Part shown: piece by piece, positions 9,201 through 18,369 of the stretch
Numbering within the stretch: position 1 is the first letter of the stretch
How the letters are laid out: every line of letters starts with the position of its first letter
Assembly (NCBI GenBank): GCA_035541055.1
Contig: DATKNZ010000297.1
Span: 46-64,045, forward strand
DNA length: 64,000 nucleotides
Source of the DNA: Candidatus Acidiferrum sp.
Lineage (GTDB): Bacteria; Verrucomicrobiota; Verrucomicrobiia; Limisphaerales; UBA8199
Direction of reading: 5' to 3'
The notes under the pieces: model-generated
Databases searched by the model: none
What the model was told of the DNA's origin: nothing
Seen by the model: only the letters and a program-made list of their open reading frames with translations
Program-made: the position numbers and the translations under genes

Positions 9201-11060
9201 ATGAGCGCCGCCTTCGAGAAGAGATCCGAGGAATTCCTCAAGATCAGCGACCAGTTCCAACTGGGCGTGCTGACCACCGAGTCCTCCCACCCTGTCACCG
9301 CCAACCTGAGCGAGACCGCCAAGCGCGATGTGAGCGCCGCCCTGGGGCTGCTGTTCGAGGCCGACGGCGACGTGGTGCGCAAGTACCGCGAGTTCGCCGA
9401 GTCTGGGCGCGCGACGAAGATCAAAGAGGCCGTGCTGAGCGCGGTGAAGAACGGCGGCAAGGTCTTCTTCACCGGCTGCGGCTCCACAGGCCGGCTGAGC
9501 ATCCAGCTCGTCTCGGTCTGGCGCGATTTTTGGCAGCGGCAGGCCGCGCACGGCCTCAAGTGCAAGCCGTCCGCGGCGGAGTTCGAGAACCGCGCCTTCA
9601 GCGTCATGGCGGGGGGCGACTTCGCGCTCATCAAATCGGTGGAGGGGTTTGAGGACTTCACGGCCTTCGGCAAGAAGCAGATTGCCGACCTGGGCGTCTC
9701 GGCCAAGGACGTCGTGTTCGCCATCACCGAGGGAGGCGAGACTTCGTTTGTGATCGGCACGGCGTGGCAGGGGCTGGAGGTCGGGGCCAAGGTCTATTTC
9801 GTCTATAACAACCCTGATGACATCCTGTGCCGGCATGTGAAGCGCAGCCGCGAGGTCATCGAGGAGCCGCGCATCGAGAAGATCAACCTGACCACCGGGC
9901 CCATGTCCATCACCGGCTCCACCCGCATGCAGGCGACGACCATCCAGCTCTGCGTAATGCTTACCGTGATGGAGATGGTCCTGCGCGACCTGCTCAAAGA
10001 ACTGGAGCCCAGCGGCCCCTGCGCCCTGGATTCGGCCAAAGTGCCAGCCGCCTTCCTCCGGGCGCTGGAGGAGATGCACGCGACCCTCCGATCGCCCGCG
10101 CTGCTGGCCCAGCTTGGCGCGGCAGTTTCGATGGAAGAATCCGTTTACCGCGCCGGTCACAAGAACAGTTATTTCGCCGATCGCTTCGGCATTGACGTGC
10201 TCACCGACACCACCGAGCGCTCGCCGACCTACTGCTCGCCGCCGTTCCGCAAGTTCGACGACACCACGGCGACCGAATCGTGGGCCTTCCTTTTCCTGCC
10301 CTACGCGGAGACCCCCCATGCCTGGGAGCGGATCATCAAGCGGCAGCCGAACTGTGTCGAGTGGAGCGAGCGGGAGGTGCAGGCGCTGGTCGGGGAGGAC
10401 AAGGCGGCGCGCACCTACGAGATTGTGCGGAAGATCAGCCGGGCCGAACTCATGCGCTTCAAGGTAGGGCTTGACGGGCTCAAATACCGGCCGCTGGGCA
10501 AAGGCGATTGCGCCGTCGGCATCGTCTCTGAGGAGGAGAAAGCTTCGCTGCTCTCGCCCAAGGGCTTTCATCGCGCGCAGCTTGAGGCGGCCCGCAAGGC
10601 CGGCGCGCGGATCGGGGTCATCTATTTCGGCCGTGCGGAGGCGCACAAGGAGGTGCAGGACTTCCTGGCCAAGTGGAACCCGGAAGCCGTGGCCGTGATG
10701 ACGGCCATCCCGAAGACGGATTTCCTGCTGGACGGCGTCACGCGCGCAGGGCTGAAGATGCTTCTGAACGCCCTGTCCACGTGCACGATGGTGCGCCTGG
10801 GCCGGGTCATGGGTAATTACATGATCTGGGTGGTAGCCAGCAACCTGAAGCTGATTGACCGCGCCACACGCTATATCCAGCGCCTGACCAAGCTGGACTA
10901 CAGGGCAGCCAATCGCCTGCTGTTCGAGGTAGTCGATTATGTCGAACCACGCATGAAGGCCGACCAAGCCTATCCGCCGGTTGTGGGGGTGGCGGTGATG
11001 CGCGCGCGGCACAACCTAAGCAACGAGGACGCGGAGAAGCGGCTGATGTCGGAACTCTGA
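9201..11060 (+). CDS. Two-SIS-domain protein of the MurQ / glucokinase-regulatory-protein (GCKR) family
   Basis: N-terminal layout parallels MurQ (LTTESSHP.. then GGKVFFTGCGSTGRLS, compare GAGTSGRLG in murQ at 12888-13838). It is 619 aa, the size of full-length GKRP-like proteins. ATG at 9201 avoids translating repeat 9046-9125. Confidence 0.6.
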   Translation: MSAAFEKRSEEFLKISDQFQLGVLTTESSHPVTANLSETAKRDVSAALGLLFEADGDVVRKYREFAESGRATKIKEAVLSAVKNGGKVFFTGCGSTGRLSIQLVSVWRDFWQRQAAHGLKCKPSAAEFENRAFSVMAGGDFALIKSVEGFEDFTAFGKKQIADLGVSAKDVVFAITEGGETSFVIGTAWQGLEVGAKVYFVYNNPDDILCRHVKRSREVIEEPRIEKINLTTGPMSITGSTRMQATTIQLCVMLTVMEMVLRDLLKELEPSGPCALDSAKVPAAFLRALEEMHATLRSPALLAQLGAAVSMEESVYRAGHKNSYFADRFGIDVLTDTTERSPTYCSPPFRKFDDTTATESWAFLFLPYAETPHAWERIIKRQPNCVEWSEREVQALVGEDKAARTYEIVRKISRAELMRFKVGLDGLKYRPLGKGDCAVGIVSEEEKASLLSPKGFHRAQLEAARKAGARIGVIYFGRAEAHKEVQDFLAKWNPEAVAVMTAIPKTDFLLDGVTRAGLKMLLNALSTCTMVRLGRVMGNYMIWVVASNLKLIDRATRYIQRLTKLDYRAANRLLFEVVDYVEPRMKADQAYPPVVGVAVMRARHNLSNEDAEKRLMSEL

Positions 11061-11083
11061 GCGGGAGATTTCAATCAGGTCGC

Positions 11084-11145
11084 GACGCCTCGCCGAGGCG
11101 TCCGTGTTGCCGCAGCGGCGGACGCCTCGGCGAGGCGTCCCTACC
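11084..11145. repeat. Family-A palindromic element
   Basis: gacgcctcgccgaggcgtccgtgttgccgcagcggcggacgcctcggcgaggcgtccctaccc. Confidence 0.85.
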
Positions 11146-11195
11146 CAACTTGCCCCTATACAGCCCTGCAGGGCTTTGCTAGCTTCGAGGCACTT

Positions 11196-11756
11196 ATGAC
11201 GTTGGACGACTTTTTGCTAGAGGCGGAAGACAAGATGAGCAAGACGGAGCAGGTGGTCGTTAACGAATTTGCCGGCGTGCGGACCGGCAAGGCATCGCCG
11301 GCCCTGGTCGAGAACATCATGGTAGAGGTTTACGGCTCGCAGATGCGCGTTCGGGAACTGGCGGGCATCACCACTCCCGAGCCGCGCACGCTGACCATTC
11401 AGCCGTGGGACATCAACTCGCTGCACCCGATTGAGAAGGCGATCCAGAAGAGCAACCTGGGGCTGACGCCTTCAATTCAAGGCAAGGCCATCCGGCTGTT
11501 TTTCCCCGAGCTCAGCGAGGAGCGGCGGCAGGAGTTCGTGAAGATCGTGCGCAAGATGGCCGAGGATGGCCGGGTGGCCCTCCGCCACGTCCGCCGCGAT
11601 GCCATGGAGCAGTTGAAGAAGCACGGGCATGACAGCGGCATCACCGAGGATGAGGTGAAGAAGGCGGAGAAGGAATTGCAGAAGCTCACGGACGAGTACT
11701 CGGCCAAACTGGATGCGCACCTGGCGGGCAAGGAGAAGGAGATCATGACGGTTTAG
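11196..11756 (+). CDS. frr: Ribosome recycling factor
   Basis: 186 aa. VRTGKASPALVENIMVEVYGSQM...LTIQPWD...LSEERRQEFVK is typical Frr. Confidence 0.95.
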   Translation: MTLDDFLLEAEDKMSKTEQVVVNEFAGVRTGKASPALVENIMVEVYGSQMRVRELAGITTPEPRTLTIQPWDINSLHPIEKAIQKSNLGLTPSIQGKAIRLFFPELSEERRQEFVKIVRKMAEDGRVALRHVRRDAMEQLKKHGHDSGITEDEVKKAEKELQKLTDEYSAKLDAHLAGKEKEIMTV

Positions 11757-11815
11757 CGTGTTGCGTGGCGCGGATTCCGTGTTCACGCACCGCACCATGC
11801 GCCACGCAACACGCT
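11755..11815. repeat. Family-D hairpin (GTGTTGCGTG / CACGCAACAC arms), probable frr terminator
   Basis: Perfect 17-bp arms agcgtgttgcgtggcgc / gcgccacgcaacacgct. Starts inside the frr TAG stop (11754-11756). Confidence 0.8.
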
Positions 11816-11850
11816 GTCGGCCTTCGGTTTTGTCCAGGCGCAGGGCCGCG

Positions 11851-12282
11851 CTACCGGTTGTTCTGGGGGTCGCCGAAACGGACGACCGTCTCGCCCGGCT
11901 TCGCGTAGCCGAATCGTTCGCGGGCGAGGCGTTCCACGGCCTTGGGGTCGTAGCGCAGCGCATCAATGGCCCCGCGCAATTGTTTGCTCGTCTCCTCCTG
12001 CTTCTGGATCTGCTCATCCAGCCCGAGCAGGTAACGGCGCATGCGCTCATTGCGTTGAATCAGCGGCAGGTACCACACGCCGATGAGGAGAATGACGGCG
12101 ATGAAGCAAAGAAAAACCACTACCCCGGTCAGCTTGTTCCAGATGCCAAGGTTTACGTTCACTGCCCTAAGGTAATCACGCCGGGCATTCCGTTGGAAGG
12201 GATAAATTGACGTCGAACGCCGGTGCCCGCCGGATGTCAATGAAAGGGCGGACTGCGGGTATTGTGTTGTCACGCCCGGCAT
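11851..12282 (-). CDS. Septum formation initiator (FtsB/DivIC-like) protein
   Basis: Single TM (VVVFLCFIAVILLIGVWYL) followed by a coiled coil and the C-terminal ERLARERFGYAKPGE motif. Start uncertain. Confidence 0.6.
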   Translation of the reverse strand: MPGVTTQYPQSALSLTSGGHRRSTSIYPFQRNARRDYLRAVNVNLGIWNKLTGVVVFLCFIAVILLIGVWYLPLIQRNERMRRYLLGLDEQIQKQEETSKQLRGAIDALRYDPKAVERLARERFGYAKPGETVVRFGDPQNNR

Positions 12283-12304
12283 CCGCCGATAAGACTTTCT
12301 TCAG

Positions 12305-12940
12305 ATGGTTAGGGCAATCTTGCTCATATTCGAACCGGTGGCCGCTTGGAACAGAATTCTGCGGGCCGAGCGGCGGACCGCGTTTATCCTGCTGGCGCAT
12401 CTGTTGCCGCTGTTGCTGCTCACGTCGTTCTGCGAAGGCTACGGGCTGGTCCACTGGGGCAAACCACGCGGGGTTCTGCGGGAGATTACGCAGCCGAAGT
12501 ACTTTACGCACGGGGAAGCCGTGCTGTTCGAGGCCGGCCAGTTCCTCCTCTCGCTCGCGGTCGTGTTTGTGGGGGCCGGCATGCTCCGGTCGGTTGCGGA
12601 GACCTTCTGTGCGCGGAATACCTACACCGACGCGTTCAGCGTCGTGGCCTATGGGCTGAGCCCGTTGTTCCTGCTTCGCATCGCGGATGCGGCGCCGCAG
12701 TTGAGCCCGTGGGTAAGCTGGACCGTTGGCATCCTGTTGTCCATCGGCGCGCTTTACCACGGCGTGCCGAGAATGATGGAGCCGGACCCGAGCCATGCCT
12801 TTGGGCTGTTCGTGATAAGTTCCGTCGTGCTCGTACTGATCAGCGGCATGGTGCGGTTCGTCACCTGGTGGTACCTGGCGGGCAGGTTCACCGGGCTGGA
12901 GAGCGTGATCTCCGATTTAGCGCCGCGACTGCACTTGTGA
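12305..12940 (+). CDS. Yip1-domain integral membrane protein
   Basis: 211 aa, about 5 TM segments, N-terminal ILLIFEPVAAW pattern typical of bacterial Yip1/DUF1282 proteins. Confidence 0.55.
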   Translation: MVRAILLIFEPVAAWNRILRAERRTAFILLAHLLPLLLLTSFCEGYGLVHWGKPRGVLREITQPKYFTHGEAVLFEAGQFLLSLAVVFVGAGMLRSVAETFCARNTYTDAFSVVAYGLSPLFLLRIADAAPQLSPWVSWTVGILLSIGALYHGVPRMMEPDPSHAFGLFVISSVVLVLISGMVRFVTWWYLAGRFTGLESVISDLAPRLHL

Positions 12941-13838
12941 CGACCCAGCCACGGCGCTGCAGGGCGGTCTCGGCCTGCGGATAACCAGCGCCGGTCAGGT
13001 CCTGCACGATGCGCACCGCGCGCTCGCGCAGCTTGGCATTGGAAGGGGTCAGGTCCACCATCAGGTTGCTGCGCACCTTGCCCAGACGCACCATAGCCAG
13101 GGTGGTAAACAGGTTCAGCAGGAGCTTCGTGGCGGTTCCGGCCTTGAGTCGCGTTGAACCGGTCAGCACCTCCGGGCCGAGGTTGGGGGCGATAACGACA
13201 TTTGGCCGGAGCCGCCTCGGGATCGAGAGGAAAGGGTTGAAGCACACCAGGACGGTTGTCGCCCCACGCCGCTTGGCCTCACGCAACGCCCCCCAGACAA
13301 ACGGCGTCCTCCCGCTCGCCGCGATGCCGATCACGAGGTCACGTCGGCTGACGCGCTGGGACTTGATGGCACCGCGCCCGGCCGCCGCGTCGTCTTCCGC
13401 GCCTTCCACTGAACTGCGGAGCGCCTTATCCCCACCGGCAATTATGCCCTGGACCATGCCTGGCGAGGTGCCGAAGGTCGGCGGACATTCGCTGGCGTCC
13501 AGCACCCCGAGCCGCCCGCTCGTGCCTGCTCCTACGTAGAGCAACCGACCGCCCTGCCGAAACACTTTCGCGGTGGCCCGGATCACCCGCTCAATGCGAC
13601 GAGACTCAGCCTGCAACCTGCCTGGCACACGAGCCTCCTCCTGCAGCATGAGGGCGATCGCCGCTTTCAGAGAGAGCTTGTCCAGTTCCATCGAACGCGG
13701 ATTGCGCTGCTCGGTTGGCGATGGCCGGAGGGAGCGGACCGGTTGCTTCGCCTCCACCGAGGTCCTTGTCTTCGCAAACTGGGGGCCGCGCAACGCGGGC
13801 TGGCGGCTATCCACCGGCTGCTGGGTCTTGCGCGTCAT
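12888..13838 (-). CDS. murQ: N-acetylmuramic acid 6-phosphate etherase
   Basis: TEQRNPRS, YVGAGTSGRLGVLDASECPPTFG, SIS fold pattern. ATG at 13838 chosen (MTRKTQQ..). The 3' end overlaps convergent gene 12305-12940 by 53 bp. Confidence 0.85.
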   Translation of the reverse strand: MTRKTQQPVDSRQPALRGPQFAKTRTSVEAKQPVRSLRPSPTEQRNPRSMELDKLSLKAAIALMLQEEARVPGRLQAESRRIERVIRATAKVFRQGGRLLYVGAGTSGRLGVLDASECPPTFGTSPGMVQGIIAGGDKALRSSVEGAEDDAAAGRGAIKSQRVSRRDLVIGIAASGRTPFVWGALREAKRRGATTVLVCFNPFLSIPRRLRPNVVIAPNLGPEVLTGSTRLKAGTATKLLLNLFTTLAMVRLGKVRSNLMVDLTPSNAKLRERAVRIVQDLTGAGYPQAETALQRRGWVVTSAVAALNRRSRSPAR

Positions 13839-13917
13839 TTGCCGACAGCATTGACCACGGGTGCAGGTTGTCAAAATATTACGGCAGAGAAGATACGGGC
13901 CCACGGCCGACATCAAG

Positions 13918-15297
13918 ATGAACGGGACAGGCAACGACACCATCGCCGCTATTGCGACGCCGCTGGGTGAGGGCGGGCTCGCCGTGATCCGGGTTTCCGG
14001 ACCCGGAGCGCTGGCAGTCGCCGATGCGTGCTTTGTGCCGGGTGGCGGCGGGGCGGTCAAACCCTCGGCGGCGGCGACGCACACGATCCACTACGGCCAC
14101 GTCGTCCGGGATGGGCGCACGATTGACGAGGTGCTGGTGGCCGTCATGCATCCGCCGCACACCTTCACCCGGGAGGCAGTGGTCGAGATCACATGTCATG
14201 GCGGCATTCTGCCGGCCAAGATGGTGTTGGATGCAGTGCTGGCGAGCGGCGCACGGCTGGCGGAGCCAGGTGAGTTCACCCGGCGGGCGTTCCTCAACGG
14301 GCGCATTGATCTCGCCCAGGCCGAAGCCGTCGCCGACCTGATCCATTCGCGTACGGAGCTGGCGCTGCATGCGGCCAATGAACAGCTCGCCGGCAAGCTC
14401 TCGCAGCGCATTAACGCCTTGCGCGATGAGATGCTGGAGGCGCTAGCGCACGTCGAGGCGCACATTGATTTCCCGGAGGAGGATATCGCGCCGGACGCCA
14501 GGGAGCAGCTTATCGCCCGGCTCGATCACGGCGTCGGGTTCATGGATGAGCTGCTGCGCACGGCCAACGAGGGGCAAATCCTGCGTCGCGGCATCCGCGC
14601 CGCCATCATCGGGAGGCCGAACGCCGGCAAGTCCAGCCTCCTCAACCAGCTCCTGGGGCGCAGCCGGGCCATCGTGTCGCCCATCCCCGGCACCACGCGG
14701 GACACCATCGAGGAAACCGCCAATGTTTGCGGGCTCCCGGTCGTGTTCATTGATACCGCCGGGCTGCGGGAAGCCCGGGATGAGATTGAAATAGAGGGCG
14801 TGCGCCGCAGCCGCCAGAGCCTGGACCAGGCCGAGTTGGTCCTGCACGTATTGGATGCCTCCGAACCGCTGGCCGACACTGACCTCAACTACCTTGGTGA
14901 GGCCGCGGGTAAGCGGCGCATCCTGGTTTGCAACAAAGTGGACCTGCCCGCGCGACTCCGATTGCCAGGCGATACCGGACGCGTAGTAGTTCAGGTTTCC
15001 TGCCTGACGGGCCAGGGCATCGAGGCGCTAAAGGACGCCATCAAGGAGGCCGCCTGGTCGGGCGACATCAAGGCGGAGATGCTGCAGGTCATGATCAACT
15101 CCCGGCACCAGGATGCGCTGAACCGGGCGCGCGCCGCCACCGTGCGCGCGGCGGAGGCTCTGCGCGCGGACCAGAGCCTGGAGTTGGTCGCGCTAGACCT
15201 GCGCATCGCCGTCAATGCTGTCGGCGAAATTGTGGGCAAGACGACCACCGAGGACTTGCTGAACGTGATCTTCAGCCAGTTCTGTATTGGGAAGTAA
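13918..15297 (+). CDS. mnmE: tRNA modification GTPase MnmE
   Basis: IAAIATPLGEGGLAVIRVSG, G1 GRPNAGKSSLLN, G3 DTAG, G4 NKVD, C-terminal FCIGK. ATG at 13918 preferred over the GTG at 13861. Confidence 0.9.
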   Translation: MNGTGNDTIAAIATPLGEGGLAVIRVSGPGALAVADACFVPGGGGAVKPSAAATHTIHYGHVVRDGRTIDEVLVAVMHPPHTFTREAVVEITCHGGILPAKMVLDAVLASGARLAEPGEFTRRAFLNGRIDLAQAEAVADLIHSRTELALHAANEQLAGKLSQRINALRDEMLEALAHVEAHIDFPEEDIAPDAREQLIARLDHGVGFMDELLRTANEGQILRRGIRAAIIGRPNAGKSSLLNQLLGRSRAIVSPIPGTTRDTIEETANVCGLPVVFIDTAGLREARDEIEIEGVRRSRQSLDQAELVLHVLDASEPLADTDLNYLGEAAGKRRILVCNKVDLPARLRLPGDTGRVVVQVSCLTGQGIEALKDAIKEAAWSGDIKAEMLQVMINSRHQDALNRARAATVRAAEALRADQSLELVALDLRIAVNAVGEIVGKTTTEDLLNVIFSQFCIGK

Positions 15298-15362
15298 GTC
15301 TTGAGTCGCTGCGGGAGCGCGCTGCTGCGCGACTCAAGCCCTTAGACTTTAGACTCAAGACT
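15296..15362. repeat. Family-B hairpin element containing the stop codons of both convergent genes
   Basis: aagtcttgagtcgc ... gcgactcaagcccttagactttagactcaagact. The mnmE TAA (15295-15297) sits at the left edge. The deoA TAA (15342-15344, minus strand) lies inside the right arm, and the deoA C-terminus ...SLESKV is encoded by the repeat. Confidence 0.85.
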
Positions 15363-16775
15363 GCCTTCCAGGGTCTCCGCAATGAGCGGCGGCGGGACGG
15401 GCGGCTCGGCGGAGATCTTGAAAGCGGTTTGCAGGCGGGCGCACGCGGCTTCGGCGTCGTGCTGCGTGGCGGCATGGATGCGCGCCAGCGCAGCGCCGCG
15501 TTGGACAGGCTCGCCCGGCTTCACCAGGCGGTCCACCCCCACGTCGTAGTTAAGCACGGATTCCTTGGTCAGCCGCCCGCCTCCAAGCTCGCGGACCACT
15601 TCTCCAAGGATGCGAGCGTCGCAGTCGGCGATGCGGCCTGAGGAGGGCGCCTTCAGGTCCATGACAACCGCAGCCGTGTGATCGCGCGTAAGCTTTTGGC
15701 GCACGGCGTCCGGGTCGGCGCCCTGCGCGGCCAACATCTCGTCCCATTTGACGCGCGGCTTGCCCGAAGCCAGGCAGGCTTCGGTTTGCGCGCGAGCGGC
15801 GCCCAACGACGGGCATTTGCCGGTCTGCACCAGAAGATGCGCGGCGCAGGCGATGACGAGTTCGCAGAGGTCGGCAGGAACGGGTTCAAGGCCGGGGCCT
15901 GGCAGGGATGCCTGTGCAGCGTGCTGCGTGCTGTGTGTTGCGTCCGGTGCGAGCTCGTTGTCCAGGCAACACGGACCACGCAACGCGCCCTGGCTCAGGC
16001 ACGCAATGGACTCCTTCACTTCCAGCCAATTGCCGGCGGCGCGGCCAAGCGGCGTTTCCATGTTGGTGATCAAGGCACGGGTTCGCACGCCGCAGTGGCT
16101 GCTGAGTTCCACCAGCGCCTTTGCCAACTCGCGCGCCTTGTCCCGCGTGGGCATGAAGGCCGCGCGACCGAACTTCACATCCAGCACCAGCGCGTCCAGG
16201 CTCTCGGCCAGCTTCTTGGAGAGGATTGAGGCCACGATAAGCGGGATCGAGGGCACGGTCGCAGTCACGTCGCGCAGCGCGTAAAGCGCCTTATCCGCTG
16301 GCACCATCGTATCGGTTTGGCCGCAGATGATGCAGCCCACCTCCTGGACGATTTCGGTGATGCGCTTTGCGGGAAGCAGCGTGCTGAAGCCCGGAATCGA
16401 ATCGAGCTTGTCGAGTGTGCCGCCAGTGATGCCCAGTCCCCGCCCCGAGATCATCGGCACGCGGAAACCAAGGCAGGCAAGCAGCGGCGCCAGCGGCAGA
16501 GATACCTTGTCGCCGATCCCTCCCGTCGAGTGCTTATCCACCAGCGGCCGCGGGTCGGGCGGGAACTTCAGCACGTCGCCCGAGTCGCGCATGGCCAGCG
16601 TTAACGCCGTGGTTTCGGCAGTGGTCAGGCCCCGGAAGTAGATCGCCATGAGCAACGCGGCGACCTGGTAGTCAGGGATGCGGCGTGCGGCGTAGGCGGT
16701 GACGAACTCTTTTATCTGCGCGGGTTCGAGCGTGCGCCCATCGCGCTTCGCCTCGATCAAGGAGAGGAAGTTCAC
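15342..16775 (-). CDS. deoA: Thymidine / pyrimidine-nucleoside phosphorylase carrying an in-frame repeat-derived insertion
   Basis: VDKHSTGGIGDKVSL phosphate-binding motif and ISGRGLGITGGTLDKL. 477 aa versus about 430-440 for typical family members. Confidence 0.9.
   Translation of the reverse strand: MNFLSLIEAKRDGRTLEPAQIKEFVTAYAARRIPDYQVAALLMAIYFRGLTTAETTALTLAMRDSGDVLKFPPDPRPLVDKHSTGGIGDKVSLPLAPLLACLGFRVPMISGRGLGITGGTLDKLDSIPGFSTLLPAKRITEIVQEVGCIICGQTDTMVPADKALYALRDVTATVPSIPLIVASILSKKLAESLDALVLDVKFGRAAFMPTRDKARELAKALVELSSHCGVRTRALITNMETPLGRAAGNWLEVKESIACLSQGALRGPCCLDNELAPDATHSTQHAAQASLPGPGLEPVPADLCELVIACAAHLLVQTGKCPSLGAARAQTEACLASGKPRVKWDEMLAAQGADPDAVRQKLTRDHTAAVVMDLKAPSSGRIADCDARILGEVVRELGGGRLTKESVLNYDVGVDRLVKPGEPVQRGAALARIHAATQHDAEAACARLQTAFKISAEPPVPPPLIAETLEGSLESKV
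15879..15986. repeat. Family-D-like imperfect hairpin embedded in frame in deoA
   Basis: gcgtgctgcgtgctgtgtgttgcg...caacacggaccacgcaacgcgc. Encodes about aa 264-299 (ALRGPCCLDNELAPDATHSTQHAAQASLPGPGLEPV), between the conserved CLSQG and PADLCELV segments. Confidence 0.7.
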
Positions 16776-16839
16776 CCCTTGAAAGTGGCAAACGGGCGCG
16801 GCGATGCAACCCGAATCAGCCTTGCGTCCCGGGTCTGGA

Positions 16840-16968
16840 GGCGACTCGAGACGTTAGGAGCGATCTCATGAATGGTCCTGCGGCTTCGTCCGCGTCCTCG
16901 TTCTCGTCCTCCTCCCTCGAAAACGGATGGCGAGCCGAGGACGAGGAGGAGAACGAGAACGAGGACGC
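16840..16968. repeat. B-like half element (ggcgactcgagacgtta) plus family-F palindrome (CGTCCTCGTTCTCGTCCTCCTC / GAGGAGGAGAACGAGAACGAGGACG)
   Basis: 16840-16856 is identical to 18370-18386. Palindrome arms lie within 16892-16968. Confidence 0.75.
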
Positions 16969-16996
16969 AGCCGCCGCGGTGTTTATGAGACGGCCT

Positions 16997-18220
16997 CTAG
17001 TCCCGAGCCTCGAGATTGATGGAGATGCCGCGCAACTCGAACAGGCGCCGGATGGCGTCCTCGATCAGGTTGTTCGGGCACGACGCCCCGGCCGTGATGC
17101 CGACGGTGATCCTGCCCGGCGGCAGCCAGTTGCGGGTCTCGATCTCCTCATGCCGGTGCTGGTCGTAATGGAGGATCGCCTCGCTCGAAAGCATCTTGGC
17201 GGCGTTCTTGATGAAGAAAGTGGGCAGCTTCGCCTCGCCCATCTCAGCAAGGTGGGAGGTATTCGAGGAGTTGTAGCCCCCAATCACCAGCAGCAGGGCC
17301 AGCGGCTCGTGCAGGAGCTTCTCCAGGGCGTCCTGCCGGTCCTGGGTGGCGCCGCAGATCGTGTCGAAGAACCGGAAGTGCTGGTCAATGTTGGCCTCGC
17401 CGTATTTGTCGGCCATGGCGCGGCGCAGCCGGCGCTGCACTTCCTCGGTTTCGCCGCGCAGCATGGTGGTTTGGTTGGCCACGCCGATGGCCTGCAGGTG
17501 CACATCCGGGTCGAAGCCATCGGAATAGGCGCCTTTGAACTTCTGCAGGAAGGCCGTCTTGTCGCCGCCTTGGCGGATGTAGCGGCAGACGTAATCCGTC
17601 TCGTCCAGCGTGAACACGACCAAGTAGTGGCCGCCGCCGTTGGCCATGGCCTGGGAGCTGGTGGCCTTGGTCTCCTCGTGCCACGCCTTGCCATGAATGA
17701 TGCTCGTGACCCGATCCTTGGAGTACTGCCGCACCCGTTTCCAGACGCTCATCACGTCGCCGCAAGTTGTGTCCACGAAGCGGCAGCCCTTGGCTTCGAG
17801 CATCGCGCGCGTCGAGACCTCCGTGCCGAAGGCGGGGATAATTACGATGTCATCCTTGCGCAGCTCCGAAATGTCCGCGTTCTTCTCCTTGCCGGACAGG
17901 AACTTGATGCCCATGGCGCGGATTTGGTCGTTGACCTCCGGGTTATGGATGATCTCGCCCAAAATGTAGATGGGCTGCTCGGGGAAGACCTTTCGCGCCG
18001 CGTAGGCCAAGTCAATGGCCCGCTCCACTCCGTAGCAGAAGCCGAACTCCTTCGCCAGCTTGACGGTTAACTCGCCCGCCGACAACAGGTGGCCGCGGGC
18101 GCGGATATGCTCCACCAGGCCGCTGCGGTAATGCGAAAGCACCTGCGCCTGCACAGCGGACATCACATCCGGCCGGCGCAAATTAATCTTCTGCTGGAGC
18201 GGAGGAGCTTCGATTGACAT
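16997..18220 (-). CDS. ispH: 4-hydroxy-3-methylbut-2-enyl diphosphate reductase, long (cyanobacterial/plant-type) form
   Basis: LAKEFGFCYGVERAIDLAY, IIHNPEVN, HGKAWHEET, NSSNTSHL. ATG at 18220 gives 407 aa. Confidence 0.9.
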   Translation of the reverse strand: MSIEAPPLQQKINLRRPDVMSAVQAQVLSHYRSGLVEHIRARGHLLSAGELTVKLAKEFGFCYGVERAIDLAYAARKVFPEQPIYILGEIIHNPEVNDQIRAMGIKFLSGKEKNADISELRKDDIVIIPAFGTEVSTRAMLEAKGCRFVDTTCGDVMSVWKRVRQYSKDRVTSIIHGKAWHEETKATSSQAMANGGGHYLVVFTLDETDYVCRYIRQGGDKTAFLQKFKGAYSDGFDPDVHLQAIGVANQTTMLRGETEEVQRRLRRAMADKYGEANIDQHFRFFDTICGATQDRQDALEKLLHEPLALLLVIGGYNSSNTSHLAEMGEAKLPTFFIKNAAKMLSSEAILHYDQHRHEEIETRNWLPPGRITVGITAGASCPNNLIEDAIRRLFELRGISINLEARD

Positions 18221-18369
18221 GCCTACAGGCAGTCTAACATGCGGTGGTTCAAGGTCTAGCGGAAAGCCAGGCTTGCGGCGCGGGTGTAAAGTCCCCGGGT
18301 GGTTGCGGTCCGGTCCTCGTCCTCCCACTCGGCGGACCCGATCACGCTTCCGAGGACCAACTCGAGCAG

